From: Nemertoderma westbladi
Taxonomy: Eukaryota; Animalia; Xenacoelomorpha
Assembly: GCA_032718475.1 (NCBI GenBank)
Contig: JAUCBJ010001915.1
Location: 1 to 36,757 of the forward strand
Length of the DNA stretch: 36,757 nt
Direction of reading: 5' to 3'
Positions 24,201 through 36,757 of the stretch are shown piece by piece. A program made the position numbers and the translations under genes. Under the pieces are notes generated by a model. It ran no database searches and had not been told where the DNA came from. It was given only the letters and a program-made list of their open reading frames with translations. Each line of letters starts with the position of its first letter. Within the stretch, counting starts at the first letter, position 1.

Positions 24201-27200
24201 AGGTAGTAAGGGAACCGTTTAATGTACGCAGACGACCTACAAGGTAGTAAGGGAACCGTTTAATGTACGGAGACGACCTACAAGGTAGTAAGGGAACCGT
24301 TTAATGTACGCAGACGACCTACAAGGTAGTAAGGGAACCGTTTAATGTACGGAGACGACCTACAAGGTAGTAAGGGAACCGTTTAATGTACGCAGACGAC
24401 CTACAAGGTAGTAAGGGAACCGTTTAATGTACGCAGACGACCTACAAGGTAGTAAGGGAACCGTTTAATGTACGGAGACGACCTACAAGGTAGTAAGGGA
24501 ACCGTTTAATGTACGCAGACGACCTACAAGGTAGTAAGGGAACCGTTTAATGTACGCAGACGACCTACAAGGTAGTAAGGGAACCGTTTAATGTACGCAG
24601 ACGACCTACAAGGTAGTAAGGGAACCGTTTAATGTACGCAGACGACCTACAAGGTAGTAAGGGAACCGTTTAATGTACGCAGACGACCTACAAGGTAGTA
24701 AGGGAACCGTTTAATGTACGGAGACGACGTACAAGGTAGTAAGGGAACCGTTTAATGTACGGAGACGACCTACAAGGTAGTAAGGGAACCGTTTAATGTA
24801 CGCAGACGACCTACAAGGTAGTAAGGGAACCGTTTAATGTACGGAGACGACCTACAAGGTAGTAAGGGAACCGTTTAATGTACGGAGACGACCTACAAGG
24901 TAGTAAGGGAACCGTTTAATGTACGCAGACGACCTACAAGGTAGTAAGGGAACCGTTTAATGTACGCAGACGACCTACAAGGTAGTAAGGGAACCGTTTA
25001 ATGTACGCAGACGACCTACAAGGTAGTAAGGGAACCGTTTAATGTACGGAGACGACCTACAAGGTAGTAAGGGAACCGTTTAATGTACGGAGACGACCTA
25101 CAAGGTAGTAAGGGAACCGTTTAATGTACGCAGACGACCTACAAGGTAGTAAGGGAACCGTTTAATGTACGGAGACGACCTACAAGGTAGTAAGGGAACC
25201 GTTTAATGTACGGAGACGACCTACAAGGTAGTAAGGGAACCGTTTAATGTACGCAGACGACCTACAAGGTAGTAAGGGAACCGTTTAATGTACGCAGACG
25301 ACCTACAAGGTAGTAAGGGAACCGTTTAATGTACGCAGACGACCTACAAGGTAGTAAGGGAACCGTTTAATGTACGCAGACGACCTACAAGGTAGTAAGG
25401 GAACCGTTTAATGTACGCAGACGACCTACAAGGTAGTAAGGGAACCGTTTAATGTACGCAGACGACCTACAAGGTAGTAAGGGAACCGTTTAATGTACGC
25501 AGACGACCTACAAGGTAGTAAGGGAACCGTTTAATGTACGCAGACGACCTACAAGGTAGTAAGGGAACCGTTTAATGTACGCAGACGACCTACAAGGTAG
25601 TAAGGGAACCGTTTAATGTACGGAGACGACCTACAAGGTAGTAAGGGAACCGTTTAATGTACGCAGACGACCTACAAGGTAGTAAGGGAACCGTTTAATG
25701 TACGGAGACGACCTACAAGGTAGTAAGGGAACCGTTTAATGTACGCAGACGACCTACAAGGTAGTAAGGGAACCGTTTAATGTACGCAGACGACCTACAA
25801 GGTAGTAAGGGAACCGTTTAATGTACGCAGACGACCTACAAGGTAGTAAGGGAACCGTTTAATGTACGGAGACGACCTACAAGGTAGTAAGGGAACCGTT
25901 TAATGTACGGAGACGACCTACAAGGTAGTAAGGGAACCGTTTAATGTACGCAGACGACCTACAAGGTAGTAAGGGAACCGTTTAATGTACGCAGACGACC
26001 TACAAGGTAGTAAGGGAACCGTTTAATGTACGCAGACGACCTACAAGGTAGTAAGGGAACCGTTTAATGTACGCAGACGACCTACAAGGTAGTAAGGGAA
26101 CCGTTTAATGTACGCAGACGACCTACAAGGTAGTAAGGGAACCGTTTAATGTACGCAGACGACCTACAAGGTAGTAAGGGAACCGTTTAATGTACGCAGA
26201 CGACCTACAAGGTAGTAAGGGAACCGTTTAATGTACGCAGACGACCTACAAGGTAGTAAGGGAACCGTTTAATGTACGCAGACGACCTACAAGGTAGTAA
26301 GGGAACCGTTTAATGTACGGAGACGACCTACAAGGTAGTAAGGGAACCGTTTAATGTACGCAGACGACCTACAAGGTAGTAAGGGAACCGTTTAATGTAC
26401 GCAGACGACCTACAAGGTAGTAAGGGAACCGTTTAATGTACGCAGACGACCTACAAGGTAGTAAGGGAACCGTTTAATGTACGCAGACGACCTACAAGGT
26501 AGTAAGGGAACCGTTTAATGTACGCAGACGACCTACAAGGTAGTAAGGGAACCGTTTAATGTACGGAGACGACCTACAAGGTAGTAAGGGAACCGTTTAA
26601 TGTACGGAGACGACCTACAAGGTAGTAAGGGAACCGTTTAATGTACGCAGACGACCTACAAGGTAGTAAGGGAACCGTTTAATGTACGGAGACGACCTAC
26701 AAGGTAGTAAGGGAACCGTTTAATGTACGCAGACGACCTACAAGGTAGTAAGGGAACCGTTTAATGTACGCAGACGACCTACAAGGTAGTAAGGGAACCG
26801 TTTAATGTACGCAGACGACCTACAAGGTAGTAAGGGAACCGTTTAATGTACGGAGACGACCTACAAGGTAGTAAGGGAACCGTTTAATGTACGCAGACGA
26901 CCTACAAGGTAGTAAGGGAACCGTTTAATGTACGGAGACGACCTACAAGGTAGTAAGGGAACCGTTTAATGTACGCAGACGACCTACAAGGTAGTAAGGG
27001 AACCGTTTAATGTACGGAGACGACCTACAAGGTAGTAAGGGAACCGTTTAATGTACGGAGACGACCTACAAGGTAGTAAGGGAACCGTTTAATGTACGCA
27101 GACGACCTACAAGGTAGTAAGGGAACCGTTTAATGTACGGAGACGACCTACAAGGTAGTAAGGGAACCGTTTAATGTACGGAGACGACCTACAAGGTAGT

Positions 27201-30200
27201 AAGGGAACCGTTTAATGTACGCAGACGACCTACAAGGTAGTAAGGGAACCGTTTAATGTACGCAGACGACCTACAAGGTAGTAAGGGAACCGTTTAATGT
27301 ACGCAGACGACCTACAAGGTAGTAAGGGAACCGTTTAATGTACGGAGACGACCTACAAGGTAGTAAGGGAACCGTTTAATGTACGCAGACGACCTACAAG
27401 GTAGTAAGGGAACCGTTTAATGTACGCAGACGACCTACAAGGTAGTAAGGGAACCGTTTAATGTACGGAGACGACCTACAAGGTAGTAAGGGAACCGTTT
27501 AATGTACGCAGACGACCTACAAGGTAGTAAGGGAACCGTTTAATGTACGGAGACGACCTACAAGGTAGTAAGGGAACCGTTTAATGTACGCAGACGACCT
27601 ACAAGGTAGTAAGGGAACCGTTTAATGTACGCAGACGACCTACAAGGTAGTAAGGGAACCGTTTAATGTACGCAGACGACCTACAAGGTAGTAAGGGAAC
27701 CGTTTAATGTACGGAGACGACCTACAAGGTAGTAAGGGAACCGTTTAATGTACGCAGACGACCTACAAGGTAGTAAGGGAACCGTTTAATGTACGGAGAC
27801 GACCTACAAGGTAGTAAGGGAACCGTTTAATGTACGCAGACGACCTACAAGGTAGTAAGGGAACCGTTTAATGTACGGAGACGACCTACAAGGTAGTAAG
27901 GGAACCGTTTAATGTACGCAGACGACCTACAAGGTAGTAAGGGAACCGTTTAATGTACGCAGACGACCTACAAGGTAGTAAGGGAACCGTTTAATGTACG
28001 CAGACGACCTACAAGGTAGTAAGGGAACCGTTTAATGTACGCAGACGACCTACAAGGTAGTAAGGGAACCGTTTAATGTACGCAGACGACCTACAAGGTA
28101 GTAAGGGAACCGTTTAATGTACGCAGACGACCTACAAGGTAGTAAGGGAACCGTTTAATGTACGCAGACGACCTACAAGGTAGTAAGGGAACCGTTTAAT
28201 GTACGCAGACGACCTACAAGGTAGTAAGGGAACCGTTTAATGTACGCAGACGACCTACAAGGTAGTAAGGGAACCGTTTAATGTACGCAGACGACCTACA
28301 AGGTAGTAAGGGAACCGTTTAATGTACGCAGACGACCTACAAGGTAGTAAGGGAACCGTTTAATGTACGCAGACGACCTACAAGGTAGTAAGGGAACCGT
28401 TTAATGTACGCAGACGACCTACAAGGTAGTAAGGGAACCGTTTAATGTACGCAGACGACCTACAAGGTAGTAAGGGAACCGTTTAATGTACGCAGACGAC
28501 CTACAAGGTAGTAAGGGAACCGTTTAATGTACGCAGACGACCTACAAGGTAGTAAGGGAACCGTTTAATGTACGCAGACGACCTACAAGGTAGTAAGGGA
28601 ACCGTTTAATGTACGCAGACGACCTACAAGGTAGTAAGGGAACCGTTTAATGTACGCAGACGACCTACAAGGTAGTAAGGGAACCGTTTAATGTACGCAG
28701 ACGACCTACAAGGTAGTAAGGGAACCGTTTAATGTACGCAGACGACCTACAAGGTAGTAAGGGAACCGTTTAATGTACGCAGACGACCTACAAGGTAGTA
28801 AGGGAACCGTTTAATGTACGCAGACGACCTACAAGGTAGTAAGGGAACCGTTTAATGTACGCAGACGACCTACAAGGTAGTAAGGGAACCGTTTAATGTA
28901 CGGAGACGACCTACAAGGTAGTAAGGGAACCGTTTAATGTACGGAGACGACCTACAAGGTAGTAAGGGAACCGTTTAATGTACGCAGACGACCTACAAGG
29001 TAGTAAGGGAACCGTTTAATGTACGGAGACGACCTACAAGGTAGTAAGGGAACCGTTTAATGTACGCAGACGACCTACAAGGTAGTAAGGGAACCGTTTA
29101 ATGTACGCAGACGACCTACAAGGTAGTAAGGGAACCGTTTAATGTACGCAGACGACCTACAAGGTAGTAAGGGAACCGTTTAATGTACGGAGACGACCTA
29201 CAAGGTAGTAAGGGAACCGTTTAATGTACGCAGACGACCTACAAGGTAGTAAGGGAACCGTTTAATGTACGGAGACGACCTACAAGGTAGTAAGGGAACC
29301 GTTTAATGTACGCAGACGACCTACAAGGTAGTAAGGGAACCGTTTAATGTACGCAGACGACCTACAAGGTAGTAAGGGAACCGTTTAATGTACGCAGACG
29401 ACCTACAAGGTAGTAAGGGAACCGTTTAATGTACGCAGACGACCTACAAGGTAGTAAGGGAACCGTTTAATGTACGCAGACGACCTACAAGGTAGTAAGG
29501 GAACCGTTTAATGTACGCAGACGACCTACAAGGTAGTAAGGGAACCGTTTAATGTACGGAGACGACCTACAAGGTAGTAAGGGAACCGTTTAATGTACGG
29601 AGACGACCTACAAGGTAGTAAGGGAACCGTTTAATGTACGCAGACGACCTACAAGGTAGTAAGGGAACCGTTTAATGTACGCAGACGACCTACAAGGTAG
29701 TAAGGGAACCGTTTAATGTACGCAGACGACCTACAAGGTAGTAAGGGAACCGTTTAATGTACGGAGACGACCTACAAGGTAGTAAGGGAACCGTTTAATG
29801 TACGCAGACGACCTACAAGGTAGTAAGGGAACCGTTTAATGTACGGAGACGACCTACAAGGTAGTAAGGGAACCGTTTAATGTACGCAGACGACCTACAA
29901 GGTAGTAAGGGAACCGTTTAATGTACGCAGACGACCTACAAGGTAGTAAGGGAACCGTTTAATGTACGCAGACGACCTACAAGGTAGTAAGGGAACCGTT
30001 TAATGTACGCAGACGACCTACAAGGTAGTAAGGGAACCGTTTAATGTACGCAGACGACCTACAAGGTAGTAAGGGAACCGTTTAATGTACGGAGACGACC
30101 TACAAGGTAGTAAGGGAACCGTTTAATGTACGCAGACGACCTACAAGGTAGTAAGGGAACCGTTTAATGTACGGAGACGACCTACAAGGTAGTAAGGGAA

Positions 30201-33200
30201 CCGTTTAATGTACGCAGACGACCTACAAGGTAGTAAGGGAACCGTTTAATGTACGCAGACGACCTACAAGGTAGTAAGGGAACCGTTTAATGTACGCAGA
30301 CGACCTACAAGGTAGTGAAGGGAACCGTTTAATGTACGCAGACGACCTACAAGGTAGTAAGGGAACCGTTTAATGTACGCAGACGACCTACAAGGTAGTA
30401 AGGGAACCGTTTAATGTACGCAGACGACCTACAAGGTAGTAAGGGAACCGTTTAATGTACGCAGACGACCTACAAGGTAGTAAGGGAACCGTTTAATGTA
30501 CGCAGACGACCTACAAGGTAGTAAGGGAACCGTTTAATGTACGCAGACGACCTACAAGGTAGTAAGGGAACCGTTTAATGTACGCAGACGACCTACAAGG
30601 TAGTAAGGGAACCGTTTAATGTACGCAGACGACCTACAAGGTAGTAAGGGAACCGTTTAATGTACGGAGACGACCTACAAGGTAGTAAGGGAACCGTTTA
30701 ATGTACGCAGACGACCTACAAGGTAGTAAGGGAACCGTTTAATGTACGCAGACGACCTACAAGGTAGTAAGGGAACCGTTTAATGTACGCAGACGACCTA
30801 CAAGGTAGTAAGGGAACCGTTTAATGTACGCAGACGACCTACAAGGTAGTAAGGGAACCGTTTAATGTACGCAGACGACCTACAAGGTAGTAAGGGAACC
30901 GTTTAATGTACGCAGACGACCTACAAGGTAGTAAGGGAACCGTTTAATGTACGCAGACGACCTACAAGGTAGTAAGGGAACCGTTTAATGTACGCAGACG
31001 ACCTACAAGGTAGTAAGGGAACCGTTTAATGTACGCAGACGACCTACAAGGTAGTAAGGGAACCGTTTAATGTACGCAGACGACCTACAAGGTAGTAAGG
31101 GAACCGTTTAATGTACGCAGACGACCTACAAGGTAGTAAGGGAACCGTTTAATGTACGCAGACGACCTACAAGGTAGTAAGGGAACCGTTTAATGTACGC
31201 AGACGACCTACAAGGTAGTAAGGGAACCGTTTAATGTACGCAGACGACCTACAAGGTAGTAAGGGAACCGTTTAATGTACGCAGACGACCTACAAGGTAG
31301 TAAGGGAACCGTTTAATGTACGCAGACGACCTACAAGGTAGTAAGGGAACCGTTTAATGTACGCAGACGACCTACAAGGTAGTAAGGGAACCGTTTAATG
31401 TACGCAGACGACCTACAAGGTAGTAAGGGAACCGTTTAATGTACGCAGACGACCTACAAGGTAGTAAGGGAACCGTTTAATGTACGCAGACGACCTACAA
31501 GGTAGTAAGGGAACCGTTTAATGTACGCAGACGACCTACAAGGTAGTAAGGGAACCGTTTAATGTACGCAGACGACCTACAAGGTAGTAAGGGAACCGTT
31601 TAATGTACGCAGACGACCTACAAGGTAGTAAGGGAACCGTTTAATGTACGCAGACGACCTACAAGGTAGTAAGGGAACCGTTTAATGTACGCAGACGACC
31701 TACAAGGTAGTAAGGGAACCGTTTAATGTACGGAGACGACCTACAAGGTAGTAAGGGAACCGTTTAATGTACGCAGACGACCTACAAGGTAGTAAGGGAA
31801 CCGTTTAATGTACGCAGACGACCTACAAGGTAGTAAGGGAACCGTTTAATGTACGCAGACGACCTACAAGGTAGTAAGGGAACCGTTTAATGTACGCAGA
31901 CGACCTACAAGGTAGTAAGGGAACCGTTTAATGTACGCAGACGACCTACAAGGTAGTAAGGGAACCGTTTAATGTACGCAGACGACCTACAAGGTAGTAA
32001 GGGAACCGTTTAATGTACGGAGACGACCTACAAGGTAGTAAGGGAACCGTTTAATGTACGCAGACGACCTACAAGGTAGTAAGGGAACCGTTTAATGTAC
32101 GCAGACGACCTACAAGGTAGTAAGGGAACCGTTTAATGTACGCAGACGACCTACAAGGTAGTAAGGGAACCGTTTAATGTACGCAGACGACCTACAAGGT
32201 AGTAAGGGAACCGTTTAATGTACGCAGACGACCTACAAGGTAGTAAGGGAACCGTTTAATGTACGCAGACGACCTACAAGGTAGTAAGGGAACCGTTTAA
32301 TGTACGCAGACGACCTACAAGGTAGTAAGGGAACCGTTTAATGTACGCAGACGACCTACAAGGTAGTAAGGGAACCGTTTAATGTACGGAGACGACCTAC
32401 AAGGTAGTAAGGGAACCGTTTAATGTACGCAGACGACCTACAAGGTAGTAAGGGAACCGTTTAATGTACGCAGACGACCTACAAGGTAGTAAGGGAACCG
32501 TTTAATGTACGCAGACGACCTACAAGGTAGTAAGGGAACCGTTTAATGTACGCAGACGACCTACAAGGTAGTAAGGGAACCGTTTAATGTACGCAGACGA
32601 CCTACAAGGTAGTAAGGGAACCGTTTAATGTACGCAGACGACCTACAAGGTAGTAAGGGAACCGTTTAATGTACGGAGACGACCTACAAGGTAGTAAGGG
32701 AACCGTTTAATGTACGCAGACGACCTACAAGGTAGTAAGGGAACCGTTTAATGTACGCAGACGACCTACAAGGTAGTAAGGGAACCGTTTAATGTACGCA
32801 GACGACCTACAAGGTAGTAAGGGAACCGTTTAATGTACGCAGACGACCTACAAGGTAGTAAGGGAACCGTTTAATGTACGCAGACGACCTACAAGGTAGT
32901 AAGGGAACCGTTTAATGTACGCAGACGACCTACAAGGTAGTAAGGGAACCGTTTAATGTACGCAGACGACCTACAAGGTAGTAAGGGAACCGTTTAATGT
33001 ACGGAGACGACCTACAAGGTAGTAAGGGAACCGTTTAATGTACGCAGACGACCTACAAGGTAGTAAGGGAACCGTTTAATGTACGCAGACGACCTACAAG
33101 GTAGTAAGGGAACCGTTTAATGTACGGAGACGACCTACAAGGTAGTAAGGGAACCGTTTAATGTACGGAGACGACCTACAAGGTAGTAAGGGAACCGTTT

Positions 33201-36200
33201 AATGTACGCAGACGACCTACAAGGTAGTAAGGGAACCGTTTAATGTACGGAGACGACCTACAAGGTAGTAAGGGAACCGTTTAATGTACGCAGACGACCT
33301 ACAAGGTAGTAAGGGAACCGTTTAATGTACGGAGACGACCTACAAGGTAGTAAGGGAACCGTTTAATGTACGCAGACGACCTACAAGGTAGTAAGGGAAC
33401 CGTTTAATGTACGCAGACGACCTACAAGGTAGTAAGGGAACCGTTTAATGTACGGAGACGACCTACAAGGTAGTAAGGGAACCGTTTAATGTACGCAGAC
33501 GACCTACAAGGTAGTAAGGGAACCGTTTAATGTACGCAGACGACCTACAAGGTAGTAAGGGAACCGTTTAATGTACGCAGACGACCTACAAGGTAGTAAG
33601 GGAACCGTTTAATGTACGGAGACGACCTACAAGGTAGTAAGGGAACCGTTTAATGTACGCAGACGACCTACAAGGTAGTAAGGGAACCGTTTAATGTACG
33701 GAGACGACCTACAAGGTAGTAAGGGAACCGTTTAATGTACGCAGACGACCTACAAGGTAGTAAGGGAACCGTTTAATGTACGCAGACGACCTACAAGGTA
33801 GTAAGGGAACCGTTTAATGTACGCAGACGACCTACAAGGTAGTAAGGGAACCGTTTAATGTACGCAGACGACCTACAAGGTAGTAAGGGAACCGTTTAAT
33901 GTACGCAGACGACCTACAAGGTAGTAAGGGAACCGTTTAATGTACGCAGACGACCTACAAGGTAGTAAGGGAACCGTTTAATGTACGCAGACGACCTACA
34001 AGGTAGTAAGGGAACCGTTTAATGTACGGAGACGACCTACAAGGTAGTAAGGGAACCGTTTAATGTACGCAGACGACCTACAAGGTAGTAAGGGAACCGT
34101 TTAATGTACGGAGACGACCTACAAGGTAGTAAGGGAACCGTTTAATGTACGCAGACGACCTACAAGGTAGTAAGGGAACCGTTTAATGTACGCAGACGAC
34201 CTACAAGGTAGTAAGGGAACCGTTTAATGTACGCAGACGACCTACAAGGTAGTAAGGGAACCGTTTAATGTACGCAGACGACCTACAAGGTAGTAAGGGA
34301 ACCGTTTAATGTACGGAGACGACCTACAAGGTAGTAAGGGAACCGTTTAATGTACGCAGACGACCTACAAGGTAGTAAGGGAACCGTTTAATGTACGGAG
34401 ACGACCTACAAGGTAGTAAGGGAACCGTTTAATGTACGCAGACGACCTACAAGGTAGTAAGGGAACCGTTTAATGTACGCAGACGACCTACAAGGTAGTA
34501 AGGGAACCGTTTAATGTACGCAGACGACCTACAAGGTAGTAAGGGAACCGTTTAATGTACGGAGACGACCTACAAGGTAGTAAGGGAACCGTTTAATGTA
34601 CGCAGACGACCTACAAGGTAGTAAGGGAACCGTTTAATGTACGGAGACGACCTACAAGGTAGTAAGGGAACCGTTTAATGTACGCAGACGACCTACAAGG
34701 TAGTAAGGGAACCGTTTAATGTACGCAGACGACCTACAAGGTAGTAAGGGAACCGTTTAATGTACGCAGACGACCTACAAGGTAGTAAGGGAACCGTTTA
34801 ATGTACGCAGACGACCTACAAGGTAGTAAGGGAACCGTTTAATGTACGCAGACGACCTACAAGGTAGTAAGGGAACCGTTTAATGTACGCAGACGACCTA
34901 CAAGGTAGTAAGGGAACCGTTTAATGTACGCAGACGACCTACAAGGTAGTAAGGGAACCGTTTAATGTACGCAGACGACCTACAAGGTAGTAAGGGAACC
35001 GTTTAATGTACGGAGACGACCTACAAGGTAGTAAGGGAACCGTTTAATGTACGCAGACGACCTACAAGGTAGTAAGGGAACCGTTTAATGTACGCAGACG
35101 ACCTACAAGGTAGTAAGGGAACCGTTTAATGTACGGAGACGACCTACAAGGTAGTAAGGGAACCGTTTAATGTACGCAGACGACCTACAAGGTAGTAAGG
35201 GAACCGTTTAATGTACGCAGACGACCTACAAGGTAGTAAGGGAACCGTTTAATGTACGCAGACGACCTACAAGGTAGTAAGGGAACCGTTTAATGTACGC
35301 AGACGACCTACAAGGTAGTAAGGGAACCGTTTAATGTACGCAGACGACCTACAAGGTAGTAAGGGAACCGTTTAATGTACGCAGACGACCTACAAGGTAG
35401 TAAGGGAACCGTTTAATGTACGCAGACGACCTACAAGGTAGTAAGGGAACCGTTTAATGTACGGAGACGACCTACAAGGTAGTAAGGGAACCGTTTAATG
35501 TACGCAGACGACCTACAAGGTAGTAAGGGAACCGTTTAATGTACGCAGACGACCTACAAGGTAGTAAGGGAACCGTTTAATGTACGCAGACGACCTACAA
35601 GGTAGTAAGGGAACCGTTTAATGTACGGAGACGACCTACAAGGTAGTAAGGGAACCGTTTAATGTACGCAGACGACCTACAAGGTAGTAAGGGAACCGTT
35701 TAATGTACGGAGACGACCTACAAGGTAGTAAGGGAACCGTTTAATGTACGCAGACGACCTACAAGGTAGTAAGGGAACCGTTTAATGTACGCAGACGACC
35801 TACAAGGTAGTAAGGGAACCGTTTAATGTACGCAGACGACCTACAAGGTAGTAAGGGAACCGTTTAATGTACGGAGACGACCTACAAGGTAGTAAGGGAA
35901 CCGTTTAATGTACGCAGACGACCTACAAGGTAGTAAGGGAACCGTTTAATGTACGCAGACGACCTACAAGGTAGTAAGGGAACCGTTTAATGTACGCAGA
36001 CGACCTACAAGGTAGTAAGGGAACCGTTTAATGTACGCAGACGACCTACAAGGTAGTAAGGGAACCGTTTAATGTACGCAGACGACCTACAAGGTAGTAA
36101 GGGAACCGTTTAATGTACGGAGACGACCTACAAGGTAGTAAGGGAACCGTTTAATGTACGCAGACGACCTACAAGGTAGTAAGGGAACCGTTTAATGTAC

Positions 36201-36300
36201 GCAGACGACCTACAAGGTAGTAAGGGAACCGTTTAATGTACGCAGACGACCTACAAGGTAGTAAGGGAACCGTTTAATGTACGCAGACGACCTACGTTAC
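18279..36300. repeat. Intronic 41-bp satellite, ~400 copies (GTAGTAAGGGAACCGTTTAATGTACGCAGACGACCTACAAG), interrupted at 20999-22349
   Basis: Period 41 (18301 vs 18342); ~66 units left and ~340 right of the insertion. Ends are GTAACGTAG (18279-18287) and CTACGTTAC (36292-36300). Confidence 0.98.
20999..22349. mobile_element. Non-autonomous hAT-type DNA transposon (MITE-like), 1351 bp
   Basis: 15-bp perfect TIR TAGTGTTGAGAACTG / CAGTTCTCAACACTA, 8-bp TSD CCTACAAG (20991-20998, 22350-22357), subterminal CAGTTA/CAGTTT repeats, no transposase ORF. Confidence 0.93.
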
Positions 36301-36499
36301 CTAGGCTGTTAATGCACACAGCAGAGTTGAAACAGACACCTGGTTTTATAATCCCAGTTAACCTACCCGGATAATTATTTTGGAAAATACCGGAGACCAG
36401 AACCAGAGAGTTTGCTTATTTTTGTGCTTACAATAAATAGATTATAGCAGAAAGGGGTACGTTTGAATATATGAACTGATTCCTGTATGATTAGACTCA

Positions 36500-36625
36500 G
36501 GGGGCGTTCATAAAGTATGTCACGCACTAGGGGGGGGGGGGGGGGGGGGGGGGGGCTTAGAGCTTGCGTGACATTTTGTGACAGAGGGGTGGAGGGGGGT
36601 GTCCACTTTTGTGACGGTCACGGCG
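36500..36625 (+). mobile_element. Probable left end of a MITE (PIF/Harbinger-like terminus)
   Basis: GGGGGCGTTCATAAAGTATGTCACGC, a long G run, and repeated GTGAC/GTCAC motifs resemble common invertebrate MITE ends. The partner TIR is not in the window. Confidence 0.4.
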
Positions 36626-36757
36626 ATGTTCTATGCTTTAACGTTATTAGCTTGGCTTTGACTTTCACACATGTGTAGAAGAGTGGGTAACTTTAAGGAC
36701 AAAACAATAAACTCAATAACATTTGAGTAAGTAAATCGATTAAATTGAGTAGGACAT

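Noticed and set aside
36301-36480. Upstream coding exon of the KIAA0319-like gene
   Set aside because: In-phase stop just before the putative donor and no PKD-like translation; the true upstream exon is probably outside the window.

Overview
Eukaryotic, probably invertebrate animal, repeat-dominated genomic DNA. From left to right: the 3' end of a Ty3/Gypsy LTR retrotransposon (integrase C-terminus, PPT, 3' LTR); a degenerate foldback-like element containing a 34-bp minisatellite; an isolated Polinton/Maverick-type ORF; a Penelope-type minimal hammerhead motif; a tRNA-like relic; a compact intronless GTSF1/Asterix-like gene with TATA and Inr; and the large last coding exon of a KIAA0319/KIAA0319L (AAVR)-like receptor on the minus strand. 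Two satellites abut that exon. A ~5.9-kb 20/21-bp array starts at the stop codon and grades into the last codons. An ~18-kb 41-bp array starts at the splice acceptor, is bounded by a perfect 9-bp inverted repeat plus an AG duplication (AG|GTAACGTAG...CTACGTTAC AG|), and carries a 1.35-kb hAT-type non-autonomous element. All calls are by eye; no searches were run and copy numbers are length/period estimates.
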